A stretch of 64,000 nt of DNA from Octopus sinensis (GCF_006345805.1 NC_043012.1:434001-498000); one strand, 5' to 3'; numbered from the stretch's first letter, positions 37,703-53,092 are shown. Numbers and translations are program-made. Notes: a model not told the origin generated them from the letters alone.

Positions 37703-37884
37703 TATTTTGAGCATTGATAGTAACAGCACTAATTACATTCGGCATGCGATCGCTTCATCAAGGGAAGGGCTGAGAGCAAAATTTGTACTGAGTTAATGAT
37801 GAAGATGGTTCTAACCTATCTTCATTGAGTTGAGAGTCCTTTGGCCAACGGTTACCAGATATTAATGATCTAACAGTTTTCTTC

Positions 37885-38018
37885 CCGACCACATAGTTCC
37901 AGGTTCAGTCCCACTACGTGGCACCTTGGGCAAGTGTCTTCTACCATAGCCTCAGCCCGACTAAAGTCTTTTGGGTGGATTTGGTAGACGGGAACTGAAA
38001 GAAGCCCGTAGCATATAC

Positions 38019-38051
<33 letters not shown>

Positions 38052-38280
38052 GGGGGTGTTTGTTGTGTGTGTGTATGTGTGTTTCTGCGAGTGTCTATGT
38101 ATATGGGTGTATGTGTGTGTTTGTTCCTCACCACCGCTTGACAATCGGTGTTGGTGTGTTGACGTCCACGTAACTTAGTGCTTCGGGAAAAGAGAACCGA
38201 AAGAATATGTACTAGACCGTATAAAATAAATAAGTACTGAAGTCGATTCTTTGGACTAAAAATATTCAAGGCGGTGCTCG
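37885..38280 (+). mobile_element. SINE family A, diverged
   Basis: ggttcagtcccactacgtggcaccttgggcaagtgtcttct…aaggcggtgctc. Confidence 0.85.
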
Positions 38281-39085
38281 GCGAAATTGCTGGCCTTGTG
38301 CCAAAATTTGAAAGCTATCTTTGAAAACCACTTAATGACTTTAAGCTCCGTAAATAGCCATCTATCACCCACTTCCGTCCCCTTTCATCTATGGCGTCCA
38401 ATTAAAATGTTCCAACGCCAATGGGGCGGGAGCAGGTTCCAACCACTTTAAAAAGTTCTAATGTAGATATCAAAAGAATTTACTTAAAAAATTTACGATA
38501 TTCTTCTTAGATAAAATACGAGTCAACCCGAAAAAGAGGAAAATTATCTGGGACGATTAGTCTAATATTATGAAGAGAAACAGACTTAAGTAACTTGCAC
38601 TAAATAACGGCTTTTAAGTACTTCGAAACCAATGAACTTGAAAGGGTACAACACTCATATCAAAGAAAAAAGGTTACTTTAATGGAGAACTTTCGTTCCT
38701 ATCTTACTTTTCTCAACCCTTGTTCCTATTGCCATTTGATGTTTAAAAAACCCTGTTATATTTTCATAAATGTTATTGGGAATTGGATTAACAATTTCTT
38801 TATTATATTTTCTGTATTGTAGAAGTATAACTGATTTTATTGCAAGTAAATTTTAATAACAAAAATCTTATGTTGACTTCTAAGGAACATATGGACCCTG
38901 TATATGAACCACTTATTTGAAAGAGATAAATGAAAATTAACGTAATACATCAATATCCTGGCTGTCTTTCTGTTAATTCGTAAGGGTAATATCCTCCACG
39001 GGGCGATAAACGAATTAGCAAGCCTTGATTTCGAAGCTTTCACCATCCAAAAATCTGATTCATAATAATTATATTTAGCGCTATT

Positions 39086-39467
39086 GGAAGCACTCCGTCG
39101 GTTATGACGACGAGGGTTCCGGTTGATCCGAATCAACGGAACAGCCTGCTCGTGAAATTAACGTGTAAGTGGCTGAGCACTCCACAGACACGTGTACCCT
39201 TAACGTAGTTCTCAGGGATATTCAGCGTGACACAGAGAGTGACAAGGCTGGCCCTTTGAAATACAGGTACAACAGAAACAGGAAGTAAGAGTGAGAGAAA
39301 GTTGTGGTGAAAGAGTACAGCAGGGATCACCACCATCCCCTGCCGGAGCCTCGTGGAGCTTTAGGTGTTTTCGCTCAATAAACACTCCCAACGCCCGGTC
39401 AGGGAATCGAAACCGCGATTCTATGACCGCGAGTCCGCTGCCCTAACCACTGGGCCATTGCGCCTCC
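39086..39467 (-). mobile_element. SINE family B, full length
   Basis: TSD-like ttagcgctatt/ttagcactatt flanks. Confidence 0.95.
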
Positions 39468-39861
39468 ACTTAGCACTATTATGCAGAGATGGAGAACATA
39501 TGTAATTAGCAAGCGACTATACAATATTCAGAAGGATATTAGCTTTAGACCAATAATGGAAACCTACTACAAATAATTGTATACGTGAACAAGCAAAGTT
39601 CTGTTTTCCTAAACTAAACTGAAATAAAATAAAACTTATTGTACAAATACTTGTGAGGAGACAACACGAATTGAGAAAATGTTACAAATTAAACCAAGAA
39701 TGGGTAACGAGAATTCCGAACTAAATGTATAAGAAGGGTTACCATTACATGGTGAGTATCCGGAAGGCGAAAAGGGTCCAAATAGTAAAAGAATAGGATA
39801 GGATTTGTACGTTGGCGTAGAAGTCAATGCTGAGAAAGGATGCTTGGTTGCAGCTCTGGAT

Positions 39862-40257
39862 TCTCTCTTTACTCTTTTACTTGTTTCAGGCGTTTGACTG
39901 CGGCCATGCTGGAGCACCGCCTTTAGTCGAGCAAATCGACCCCAGAACTTATTCTTTGTAAGCCCAGTACTGTACTTATTCTATCGGTCTCTTTTGCCGA
40001 ACCGCTAAGTGACGGGGACGTAAACACACCAGCATCGGTTGTCAAGCAATGCTAGGGAGACAAATATACACACACATATATATATATACATACATATATA
40101 CGACGGGCTTCTTTCAGTTTCCGTCTACCGAATCCACTCACAAGGCTTTGGTTGGCCCGAGGCTATAGTAGAAGACACCTGCCCAAGGTGCCCCGCAGTG
40201 GGAATGAACCCGGAACCATGTGGTTGGTAAGCAAGCTACTTACCACACAGCCACTCC
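39862..40257 (-). mobile_element. SINE family A
   Basis: Similarity to the other A copies. Confidence 0.94.
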
Positions 40258-40288
40258 ATCCAACTGAAGCATGTAATGAAACAGAATA

Positions 40289-41106
40289 CGAGGTGGTATC
40301 AAAACGTTTCCGGACTAGGTCTGTAGCGCACCAACAGATGGCAGCACATGGTTGCGTGCGCAGTGAGATCTAGTAGTGACCTTCTTGAGGCAGTGTACCG
40401 AATACCATCGCAGTTTTTACTTAGCAAGTTTTGACATTTGTTTTTGTAATAACGGGTATGCTGTAGTCTGCGAGTTTTAATCATGGACAGGAACAAAGAA
40501 ACAGCGGAAAATTATGCGTTAAAGTTAGGAAGTCTGCTACAGAGACATTTAGCATTCTTTGACAAGCTTACGGCAATGCGTCGTACGTAATGTTTCGAGT
40601 GGCACGGACGCTTCAAAAGCGCAAGAACGTTCCTGGAAGACGATGTATGATCGGGAAAACATTTCACGAGAGTTAACTCTAGAAATGTGGTATTGTGGAT
40701 CGAGAAATCGTCCCCCGGGGCCAGACCGTCAGAAGAGAGTTCTGTTGCGACGTTTTGAAACGTTTGAGGGAGGACATTCCATGAACCTGACCGGATATGT
40801 ATGTGAAAGGCGAATTATTGGATTCTTCACCGAGCTATCCTCACTCGCTTCTGCACCCGCCCTATTCGCCAGATTTAGCCCCTGTGAACTTCCGTCGCTT
40901 CCCAAAGACTAAAATGTAGCTCAAAGGTCCCTGTTGCCGAAATCAAGAGCGAATCGCAGAAGGTCCTCGATCCGCTTACGGAAAACAACTTCCAGGTCGT
41001 ATTACAAAAGTGGCAGGGGTGACCATGTTGAAGGAGATGTTAAAACTTAGGTAAATAAGATATATTTTTTCTTATTAAACTTAACTTAGTCAGGGATACT
41101 GCTTCG
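40289..41106 (+). mobile_element. Internally deleted mariner transposon
   Basis: TA-CGAGGTGGTATCAAAACGTTTCCGGACT left TIR, KSATETF…CFEWHGRFK…LEDD and YSPDLAP motifs, degenerate right end …ttcg-TA. Confidence 0.85.
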
Positions 41107-41339
41107 TATATTAAATGCTCCAGGATCTGTGAGCTTTGAGGAAAAGAATTAATTACATATCTAGTAACCTACTTATGGCAAAGAAAGAATATATCTACAC
41201 TTAAGAGAATATTGGGGTCTTCATGAACTGGACGTTATGTTAGCAGCATGAACGTTCAGAGAAAAGATATGGCATAGAGATACACAGAAATATACACGGA
41301 ACAGAATTATACATAGTTTGATTTAGGTTATTTCAAACA

Positions 41340-41745
41340 GACAAGAAGAAAAAAGTCGATTGATAGAATTTTCCAGTTAAGGACCACCAGAAACGAAAGT
41401 ACTTCCTTATCAAAGGATTGAATCTCGACAGACGATAGTTCATGCCGACCAAAGCAAATGGAAAAATTATCGAAATATATATTAACCTAGAAATTGAGAA
41501 ATTTAGAAGCCTAGAACTTAAGAAATCCAGATTGTGGGGCCTAAAAGCAGAAACACTATATTATATTAATAGGTGCTCTGGGAGTGATTAAAAAAAAGTG
41601 CAATAAATAAATACATACACAAATAAAAAATACATAATCAAAACACCAGCTCATACAAATATACACATCATATACAATCAAGTACTTCAGGGAATTGCAC
41701 ACATTTTAAGCGAAGTACTTTCAAATATCAGAGAAAACAAGACAC
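41340..41745 (+). mobile_element. Dong/R4-like RLE C-terminus, old
   Basis: WGLKAET…IGALGVIKK…GIAHIL. Followed by (AAT)n at 41819-41923. Confidence 0.7.
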
Positions 41746-41816
41746 GTTGCACTTGCTCAAAGCCTTCCGTGGCGTTTTGGTTGTGAAAACAATCTACGCA
41801 ATAAGAATAAGGTTAT

Positions 41817-42478
<662 letters not shown>

Positions 42479-42584
42479 AATAATAACAATAATAACAATA
42501 ATAATAATAATAATAATGACAATAATATTAATAATAATAATAATAACAATAATGATAATAATAACAATAATAATAATAATAATG

Positions 42585-42645
<61 letters not shown>

Positions 42646-43132
42646 GGTCACAGAAAACGAGAAAGCAACCATACTCTGGGATATGCCGATCCACACAGAT
42701 AGAGAAATTAAGGCCAACAGACCAGATATAGTTGTCAGAGATCATGAAGAAAAAAAAATGCTTTCTGATTGATGTATCAATACCGGCTGATGACAACGTG
42801 TCACTAAAAGAAATGGAGAAACTCTCAAAATACAAAGACCTGGAAATAGAGGTAACTAGAATGTGGAATCTGAAAACAGAAACAATTCCTATCATAGTAG
42901 GTGCATTAGGCATGATAAAAAAAATATTCAGACAAATACATAACAAAAACACCAGGACTTACAAACACATATAACATACAGAAAATTGCACTACTAGGCA
43001 CTGCACACATCCTACGCAGAACACTTTCCATACAATAACCATCAGAGCATCACAACAAATCACAGCACATACCCAAGGCACACAGAGCTGCGCTCGGTAG
43101 TGAAGTGAAAGTACGCTATAAAAATAAAACTA

Positions 43133-43135
<3 letters not shown>
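42646..43135 (+). mobile_element. Dong/R4-clade LINE, 5'-truncated, young
   Basis: ILWDMPIHTDREIKANRPDIV…LIDVSIP…EKLSKYKDLEIEVTRMW…PIIVGALG…QKIALLGTAHILR. 3' end aaaataaaactactg, embedded in (AAT)n. Confidence 0.95.
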
Positions 43136-43185
<50 letters not shown>

Positions 43186-43189
43186 AATA

Positions 43190-43276
<87 letters not shown>

Positions 43277-43299
43277 GTAATAGTAATATTAATGTCATC

Positions 43300-44180
43300 A
43301 CCTAACAACTATGAAGAAAAAAAAGAAACAACAAAAGTTGTATAACAACTGAAATCCAAATTATACCTAAAGCAGTAACAGATCATGATAAAACAATGGT
43401 AAGAAAAGCCTCTTCATTGCAAATATTGGGTAATACTAAACAGAAAAGAAATAGACTAAGCAAAACAATTGTTGAGAAGCTCAGGACTCAAAGCAGAGAC
43501 TGAGGGAGTTTTAATTGCAGCACAAAATCAAAGCCTTCCCACCAGAAGTTACCAAAAACATGTAATGAAATGAAATACAAGTTACTACAGAATACGTTGA
43601 GAGAGAGAAGAAACAATAAATCATACTGTCTCTGGCTGCCCAGTTCTGGCTAAGAAGGAATATATTCACAGAAACGACAGAGTTGGGACATATGTACACT
43701 GGAAGCTATGCTAACATTATGGAATAGCAACAGAAAAAAGATAGGTCAAATCAGAAAAGGTCACAGAAAATGAGAAAGCAACAATACTCCGGGATATGCT
43801 AATACACACATAGAGAAATTAAGGCCAATAAGCCAGATATAGTTGTCAGAGATCACCAAGAAAAAATCTTTTTTATTGGTGTATCAATACCAATAAAGGA
43901 CAATATTTCTCTAAAAGAAACGGAAGATCTTTCAAAATACAAATATCTGACAATAGAGGTAACTCGAAAGGGAAGCTTAAAATCAGAAAGAATTTCTATC
44001 ATTGTAAGCGCATTTGGTATGATAAAAAAATATTTAGACAAATACATAGCAAAAACACCAAGACTAACAAATATATATAATATACAGAAATAGCACTTCT
44101 AGGCACCGCACGCATCTTACGTAAAACACTTTCAATACAGTAAAAATAAGAGCATCACAAAAAACAACAGCACATACCCA
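43300..44180 (+). mobile_element. Dong/R4-clade LINE fragment (CCHC region and RLE)
   Basis: KAETEG…IAAQNQSL…ETINHTVSGCPVLAKKEYIHRNDRVG…HWKLC…PDIVVRD. Confidence 0.9.
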
Positions 44181-44210
44181 ATTATCATCATCATTATTAT
44201 TATTATTATT

Positions 44211-44546
44211 GAGTGAGAGAGCAGTGCATGCCATCAAAGTGACACTAGGGTAAAATATACGAAGCCCAGTATACCCATCATGACTACCCGTCTGATAAGG
44301 GTACACTAGGCACATGCATCACAACCATATGTGCGCGACATGGTGATCTCATATCAAGTCAAACAGCACATGACCTTGCAGGTGGGGCCCAGTTAGAATT
44401 TTCTTCTGGTCGAGTAACCCATCCTGCTCAAAAGGTCCCTGAATAAGGGTCATTTAAGGATGTTGAACGAAACAGCTATGTTTCCAGAGGTGAATCATTC
44501 AAACTCCAAAGAATCCCTCTCAACACATGGCTATGATGCTCCCCCA
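44211..44546 (-). mobile_element. Family E, 5'-truncated
   Basis: Retains the 3' ~335 bp. (ATT)n on both sides. Confidence 0.9.
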
Positions 44547-44575
44547 ATATTATTATTATTATTATATTATTATTA

Positions 44576-44624
<49 letters not shown>

Positions 44625-45034
44625 ATTGTTATTATTATTATTATTAATATTGTTATCATTATTATTATAACTACTACTATTACTACTACTACTACAGCAA
44701 CTACTACTACTACTACTACTACTACTATTGTTGCTGGTCGTACGTCGATTACATTGACACCGATGTTCGACTGGAACTTACTTTACTGACCCTTAAAGGA
44801 GGAAAACTCAGGGTATATATATCAATTCCTTTTTTAGTGTTTTGTTTAATATGTAAATATTATTTAAATATCATAAAAATAATAAGTTCTTAATGATATG
44901 TATATTTAAATTATATTTGAGTATAAAATAAATTGTCTAATTTTATCGTTTTTAATAATAATTGATAATAATATTTATTGTATATTGTGTTGCTATTGTT
45001 TATTAAATTGATTGTAAGTATGATTGTAATAGAT

Positions 45035-45966
45035 GCCCTGACGCCGTACCAGGTTGTGGATCATGTCTCTCTTACTCTCTTTTACTTGTTTCAGTCATTT
45101 GACTGCGGCCATGATGGAGCACCGCCTTTAGTCGAGCAACTCGACCCCGGGACTTATTCTTTGTAAGCCCAGTACTTATTCTATCGGTCTCTTTTGCCGA
45201 ACCGCTAAGTGACGGGGACATAAACACACCAGCATCGGTTGTCAAGCAATGCTAGGGGGACTAACACAAACATACACGCACACACATATATACATATATA
45301 TACATATATACGACAGGCTTCTTTCAGTTTCCGTCTACCAAATCCACTCACAAGGCATTGGTCGGCCCAGGGCTATAGCAGAAGACACTTGCCCAAGATG
45401 CCACGCAGTGGGACTGAACCCGGAACCATGTGGTTGGTAAGCAAGCTACTTACCACACAGCCACTCCTTGATCTTAACTGTTATCATATAAAGGTTTTGT
45501 CTCGGTGTAAGAAATGGGCTACAGTAAATATACTGCTAAGCACCACTGATTTGCTCGTCATATTCTTAACCTTAAACAGTTGAGCATATCCCTTTTCGGT
45601 TGACGATATGTGCTAGTACGACATGTGTTAGGGAAAAAATCATAGCCATGTGTTGAGAGCAATTATTTAGAGTTTGGATAATTCACCTCTGGAAACAAGG
45701 GGTTTTCGTTCATCATTCTTAAACAATCATTATCCAGGGAACTTTTGAGCAGGATGGGCTACCCGACTTCAAGAAAATTCTGATTGAACCCTCTCCTGCA
45801 AGGTCATCCGCAATTTATCTTGATATGATGTCATCATGTCGCTCATATATGGTTATAATGTATGTGGCTGGTCTACCCTTATCAAACGAGCAGTTACGAT
45901 GGATATAGTGTGCTTCGTATGTTTGTACTACAGTGTCACTTGATGGCATGCGCTGGTCTATCCTTC
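45035..45966 (+). mobile_element. Family E, diverged, interrupted by a SINE A
   Basis: gccctgacgccgtaccagg start at 45035, resumes tgatcttaactg at 45469, followed by (CAA)(AAT)(AAG) repeats. Confidence 0.85.
45067..45468 (-). mobile_element. SINE family A
   Basis: Similarity to the other A copies. Confidence 0.94.
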
Positions 45967-45981
45967 AACAACAACAACAAC

Positions 45982-46050
<69 letters not shown>

Positions 46051-46445
46051 AAGGAGGAGGAGAAGAAGAAGGAGGAGGAGAAGAAGAAGAAGAAGAAGAA
46101 GAAGAGAAGAAGAAGAAGAAGAAGAAGAAGAAGAAGAAGAAGAAAGAGAAGGTTATAAAGAATCAAAATGTGCTAATAGTGTGGGCTTTACCAAACCACA
46201 CAGAATCATAGATCAAAGTAATTCGATCTGTCATTGTTGTTTGTTAACGACAAAAGAAATGAAACGCCTTTGAATCAGTTATCCTTCCCTAAAGACGGTA
46301 ATATACATGTATGCATGCTTATATACGTACAGACATACATACATGCATGAATACATGTCTACATGCAGATACACACACATACACACACATATGTAGTATA
46401 TATATATATATACATGTATATATATACACACACACTTATATCATT

Positions 46446-46479
<34 letters not shown>

Positions 46480-46617
46480 CGTATGTATATATCCATATGT
46501 ATATGAGTATATACATATATATACACATGTATACACATATACATGCATAGTTACATAAACACACACACACACTCGTCTTCTAAATGTTTTGCGTTCTTGT
46601 CCCAGTTTGTATTTTTT

Positions 46618-46651
<34 letters not shown>

Positions 46652-47088
46652 AAATATCTGGAAATAAAGGTATGCAAAATCTGAATACAGTTGAATACAG
46701 AAATAATGTCATTGTAACTGTTTGGGGAATTATTTAGTAATATTCAAAGAAGTATAACATATAGTCTCACACTCACACGCACGCGCACACACTCACCCGC
46801 ACACGCTCATGCACACACGCACGCACGCACGCACGCGCAAACTCAAAGAGGTACACACTAATAGACAATCACACACGCACATTCAGAGTCAATGCACGTT
46901 AGTGCACTGTCAGTTACAGCATACATAGTTACTTCTACTATATTCAGATACGTTGATAGGCCATTAAATTAAACACACCAAATCGTCTATTTACAAGGTC
47001 ATGTGATTGAGAAAGAGGGGAAGAAAGACAGAGAACAAATAAAAATATAGAATAAAAAAACTAAACAAAGAATATAAAGGGAAAAAAT

Positions 47089-48702
47089 TTAAAGAAAATT
47101 CAGTGGCAATGCCCTTCTCAATACGGGTGACGTCCCGGTTAAAACAGTCTTTTGCACTTCCTGTATGGATGGTACGACAGGGGTTATTCTTAAATAATTT
47201 TCAGTACCTTTTTTGATAATTCCAAGTGATTCTATAATCACTGGTATTGCAACCGTCTTGTGATGCCAAATATTTTCGATTTTCATTTCATGAAATCATT
47301 ATATTTTCTGAGATTATCAAATTCTTTTGCCGAAGTATTAAGGTCTCAGGGTATGCTCATGTCAATCAATAAACAGACTTTATTGTTTGGTCTTTCACAA
47401 CAGAGTGGTGCTTGTACCATTTGTCAGCAGCTTTGATTTTATAATGCCGATATATTATCCAGTGTAGATATTGGCCAACTCTGTCATGTCTTGATTCATA
47501 CTCTAGAGATAATAAAACCTTACATCCAGAGTTTCTATCCCATCATTGCAGTGTCGGCACTTTGGGTCTACACCAGTTTTCATCACACTGGCTTGATAGT
47601 TCCGAATCAATAAGCTCTGATCTTGGGCAGACAAGATAAAACCTTCACTCTCTGTCAGTAGCCCTGAGCTCCGTAGCCAGTGATGGGTAGCTTCTGATGA
47701 GTGCCTACATCAGCTTGTCTGCTGCGGGCCACATATTTACTATGCAGAGGATTTTGTTCGCATCTATCAGCCAATATTTCAAACGAATTTTGCCTTGCTA
47801 TTGATTTAAAATTCTTTGCAACGACAGTCGCCGCACTTTCACCATGCTGTTCAACTTGAGTATTATGGATAAGCTCACTTAAAAAGTATTTTACTATCCT
47901 CTACAACAGAATGTAGCTTCTTACGTCTTTCATGGTTTTCATCGAGCTTTAGCATCCAGGCGTTACATGTTTCAAGATATTTTGCCAGTCCACTCGTGGT
48001 AGTATTGTAGGAGATTTCAAAGTCGATCAAGCCTCGACCTCCGTCAGTTCTGGGTTGGTAAAGACGTTCAGCGCCTACCTGTCGGTGGTGCATCTTATTG
48101 CAAGTCAGCAGCTTACGGGTTTTTCTGTCAATCTTCTTTATTTCGCTCATATTCTAGTTTAACGCATTGAAATTGTAAATAACAACCGGAACTGGTAAGG
48201 AATTTATAGCTAACACCTTGTTACGTGCATTCTCCTGTAACATGCTTTCCTGATCTTCTCTTTCATATTTGCATGGTATATGCCAGAGCCTTCGTTTATT
48301 CCGGGGTATTTAAGTAGGTTTCTTCCTGCTCCAGTACATTTATGACTGTGTCAACATCCAACACCACTAGATGTGAGGATTTCAGTTTCACTTTCTGGCA
48401 CATTTATCAAGACTAAATTCCATCCCGATGTCGTCAGTGAATGCTTTCACAGTATGTAGCAGTCCTTCAAGGTCGTTATCGTCTTTGCCATAGAGTTTTA
48501 AATCATCCATATAAAATAGATGACTTATTTTCTTGTCGCCAATTTTATATCCATACCCTGTTCTTGTAAGTTCACTTGTAAGGGGTATTAGAGCTATGCA
48601 AAAACTTAAATGTGAAAGGGAGTCACATTGGGAAATGCCGCAGTTGACATTAACATTTTTTGTGGTCAGTACTCCACTAGAGTGGTATAGTTCGAAACTA
48701 AT
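47089..48702 (-). mobile_element. Dong/R4-clade LINE, RT to RLE, decayed
   Basis: GISQCDSLS (cf. GIFQGDSLSP), SHLFYMDDLKLYGK, IDRKTRKLL, GGRGL, CRHC, RHDRVGQYLHW, LLIDMSIP, IPVIIESLG. Its 5' end abuts the (ATT)n array at 48703-48910. Confidence 0.93.
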
Positions 48703-48738
48703 GTTATTATTATTATTATTATTATAATTATAATTATA

Positions 48739-48773
<35 letters not shown>

Positions 48774-48779
48774 AATTAC

Positions 48780-48883
<104 letters not shown>

Positions 48884-48911
48884 CATTATTATTATTATCA
48901 TCATCATCATT

Positions 48912-49287
48912 CAGTAGTTTTATTTTTATAGCGTGCTTTCACTTCACTACCGAGCGCAGTTCTGTATGCCTTAAGTAAGTGCTGTTGTTTGTTGTGATGC
49001 TCTAATGGTTACTTTATTGAAGGCGTTTGGCGTACGATGTAGGCAGTGACCAACAGTGCAATTTTCTGTATGTTATATATATTTGTAAATCCTGGTGTTT
49101 TTGTTATGTATTTGTCTGAATATTTTTTAATCATATCTAATGCGCCTATTATGATAGGGGTGGATTCTGTTTTTAGATTCCACATTCGAGTTACCTCTAT
49201 GTCCAGGTCTTTGTATTTTGAAAGTTTTTCCATTTCTTTTAGAGAAACGTTGTCCTTTGCTGGTATCGATACATCAATTAGAAAGCA
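48912..49287 (-). mobile_element. Dong/R4-clade LINE, 5'-truncated
   Basis: Highly similar to 42646-43135. Lies in (ATT)n. Confidence 0.95.
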
Positions 49288-49307
49288 TTATTATTATTAT
49301 TATTATT

Positions 49308-49858
49308 GAGTGAGAGAGCAGTTCATGCCATCAAAGTGACACTGGGGTAAAATATACGAAGCCCAATATACCCATCATGACTACCCGTCTGATAAAGATA
49401 CTCCAGGCACATGCATCACAACCATATGTGCGCGACATGGTGATCTCATATCAAGATAAACAGCACATGACCTTGCAGGTGGGGCCCAGTTAGAATTTTC
49501 TTCAGGTTGAGTAGCCCATCCCGCTCAAACGGTCCCTGAATAAGGGTTGCTTAAGGATGTTGAAAGAACCACCCATGTTTCCAGAGGTGAACTATTCAAA
49601 CCCCAAAGAATCCCTCTCAACACATGGCTATGATGCTCCCCCACTACTTCTGCTCGTGATCAGAGATGCACATATCGTCAGCCACTAAGGGACATGCTCA
49701 ACTGGTTAAGGTCAAACAACTGACAAGCAAATCTGTGGATTGAGCAGAATATTTGCTGTAGCCCATCTTTTATACCAAGACAAAACAATGTACATGATAA
49801 CACTTCCAATCAGTTAAGATCAGAAGCCATGAGAGCCATGCCTGGTACTGATCAGGGC
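49308..49858 (-). mobile_element. Family E, full length
   Basis: Reverse complement of the 41924-42478 family. (ATT)n on both sides. Confidence 0.92.
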
Positions 49859-49907
49859 ATTATTATTATTATTATTATTATTGTTATTATTATTATTATT
49901 ATTATTA

Positions 49908-49938
<31 letters not shown>

Positions 49939-49970
49939 TTTATCATTATTATTATTATTATTATTATTAT

Positions 49971-50008
<38 letters not shown>

Positions 50009-50010
50009 TT

Positions 50011-50548
50011 GAGCATGAGAGCAGTCCATGACATCAAAGTGACACAGGGGTAAAATATACGAACCCCAGTATACCCATCATGACTACCCCTCTGATAAGG
50101 GTACATTAGGAACATGCATCACAATCATATATGCGCGACATGGTGATCTCATATCAAGATCAACGGCACATGACCTTGCAGATAGGGCCCAGTTAGAATT
50201 TTCTTCTGGTTGAGTAGCACATCCCGCTCAAAAGGTCCCTGAATAAGGGTTGTTTAAGGACGTTGAACGAAACACCCATGTTTCAATGGTGAATTATCCT
50301 AATCCTAAAGGATTCCTTTCAACACATGTCTATGATGATCCCCCAGTACTTATGCTTGTGATTAGAGATGCACATATCCTCAACCACTAAGGGACATGCT
50401 CAACTGGTTAAGGTCAAACAGCTGACAAGCAAATCTGTGGTACTAGGCAGAATATTTGCTGTAAGCTCATCTTTTACACGAAGACAAAACATGTAGGAGT
50501 TAAAACTTCCAATCAGTTAAGATGAGAAGCCATGAGAGCCACTGTCTG
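50011..50548 (-). mobile_element. Family E, near full length
   Basis: Second tandem copy after (ATT)n(AGT)n. Confidence 0.9.
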
Positions 50549-50574
50549 CATGATATGAGAGCCGCATATTGTTT

Positions 50575-50575
50575 G

Positions 50576-50623
<48 letters not shown>

Positions 50624-50739
50624 TAATAATAATAATAATAACAACAACAACAATAATAATAATAATAATAATATTAATAATAATAATAATAATAATAATA
50701 ATTGTTATTATTATTATTATTATAATTATTATTATTATG

Positions 50740-50777
<38 letters not shown>

Positions 50778-50795
50778 GATGATGATGATGATGAC

Positions 50796-50833
<38 letters not shown>

Positions 50834-51000
50834 GATAATAATAATAATAACAATGAAAATAATAATTATAATCATAACAATAATTATTATTATAATGATG
50901 ATGATGATGAGGAGGAGGAGGAGGATGTTAAGGATGATGATGAGGATAATGATAATAATAATAAGAAGAAGAGTGAATATAAGAATAACAATAAGAATAA
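50575..51000. repeat. Compound trinucleotide array AAT/ATT/ATG/AGG
   Basis: Direct reading. Strand polarity flips at about 50700. Confidence 0.95.
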
Positions 51001-51287
51001 ACAATGCGTCTCACGTATCCACCAATTCTTTGCTAAACAATGGAGCTCACACTCGACGCAAATTCTTGACCTTGTAATCAAAATATCTTCGTTTCTTGGT
51101 GTTTATTTTTTTAACATAATAAGACCGGAAGCTACGTCGAACTGTAATATTACTCTGCATTGACGTCCCTATGATATGGTTGTCGCTCGGCACGCATTTG
51201 TTATCTAACCGATATGAAAGAAAATATCTTTTTTTTTAAAAAATGATAATAATTATCACTCAACTACCAACGTAGGTCGAAAACATA

Positions 51288-51712
51288 CTCTTACTCTTTA
51301 CTCTCTTTTACTCTTTTATTTGTTTCAGTCATTTGACTGGGGCCATGCTGGAGCACCGCCTTTAGTCGAGCAAATCGACCCCAGGACTTATTCTTTGTAA
51401 GCCCAGTACTTATTCTATCGGTCTATTTTGCCGAACCGCTAAGTGACGGGGACGTAAACACACCAATATCGGTTGTCAAGCAATGCTAGGGGGACAAACA
51501 CAGACACACAAACACACACACATACACACATACACACATATATATACGTATATACGACAGGCTTCTTTCAGTTTCTGTCTACCAAATCTACTCACAAGAC
51601 ATTGGTCGGCCCGGGGCTATAGCAGAAGACACTTGCCCAAGATGCCACGCAGTGGGACTGAACCTGGAACCATGTGGTTGGTAGGCAAGCTACTTACCAC
51701 ACAGCCACTCCT
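51288..51712 (-). mobile_element. SINE family A
   Basis: Similarity to the other A copies, with an extended tail repeat. Confidence 0.94.
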
Positions 51713-51937
51713 GACACCTAAAATATCATTACTGTTTGGAACTGCGGGTTCATGAACCGTGATTATGAAGCATGATCATCAGTAAACAAGTGTCACCTTA
51801 GTCTACAGGTGACACTTCCTATCATACCCTGCAAAATAAGTTGAGAGTTTTCATCAAATGAATAAATAAATTAATTAATCATTAAAAAAAATAATAATAA
51901 TAGTAATAATAATAATAATAATAATATAGTGATAGTA

Positions 51938-52011
<74 letters not shown>

Positions 52012-52707
52012 GTTTAAAACTCTGGTAGAAGGCCAGCATTTTCGGGGAAGTTGCGGCTAAGTCCATTACATCGTTGCTAGTGTTCAAGCAACGTTATCAC
52101 GTTGGAATTTCAACTCAGATCGTAAAAGCGGACGAAAGCAAACCAGCATTTTTTTCGGCGGGCTAACACATCCATTGATTTTCAAGAAGGGCCGTTTTGT
52201 TGAAAAACAATTCCGTTAGAGGTGTTGTTGCTCCTTCCTTCCTTCTTTCCTTCCTTCCTTTTTTCCTTCCTTCCTTCCTTCTTTCCGTCCTTCCTTCTCT
52301 TTATGTCTCTCTCCTTCTCTGTCTATATCTCTCCCTATCTGTTCGGCTCCCTCTGTCTGTTTCTCCAGATCCCTCAGTACAAAACAATTCTATCCCTTAC
52401 TACCATATGAGCAATTAAGTCCGTGACGTTAAGCCGTCTCATAGTCATCCTAATCGGAAGGAGTCATTTGGCATTGTATTTTCATTGGAACTCCACTGAA
52501 AAGCATATCGCATATTGCCGACGACCTGACGGTTAACGCCATCGATCTTGACATTGTTCTCCATCACTCGCGTCTTGGTAGATGAATATCACATTATCTC
52601 AGCATGACACTGCACTCTGTTAGCAGTTTTCAAAGCAAGGCACATGGTTCCGTAATTCCTCCTTTGACAGATAGAAGATATAACACTTCACATATGAACC
52701 AGGACTA

Positions 52708-53092
52708 TCTTTATATATAAAAATGAAGTTGTGTGTCTGTCTCCTACGATTTAGATTCCTAACTACTCCCACATTTTGCGGTGCAGTGTAACCAAAAGCG
52801 GGTATCTTATAGTCGTGATTCATATCGAGCCCTTCTGGGTATTAGCGGGCGTCTACGATGAGTCTACGATTTAAAAAAAAAATTACCATAATTTTTCCCA
52901 TTTTTTTGCTATTATATAAGGGAAGTAACTCTCTAAAAATGTATTATTAAATCTCAGAACGTAAAAAGCTACAGTAACACCTCCCGCTCTGTGGTTAGCC
53001 ATATTGAGATGGCTATTATACTTTACATTTCTAAAAATGCTTATATAGTTATTTCCCTTACAAAACCGAGCAACGCCGGGCGATACTGCTAG
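52708..53092 (+). mobile_element. Non-autonomous Helitron
   Basis: A|TCTTTATATATAAAA 5' end and ccgagcaacgccgggcgatactgCTAG|T 3' end. Confidence 0.9.
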
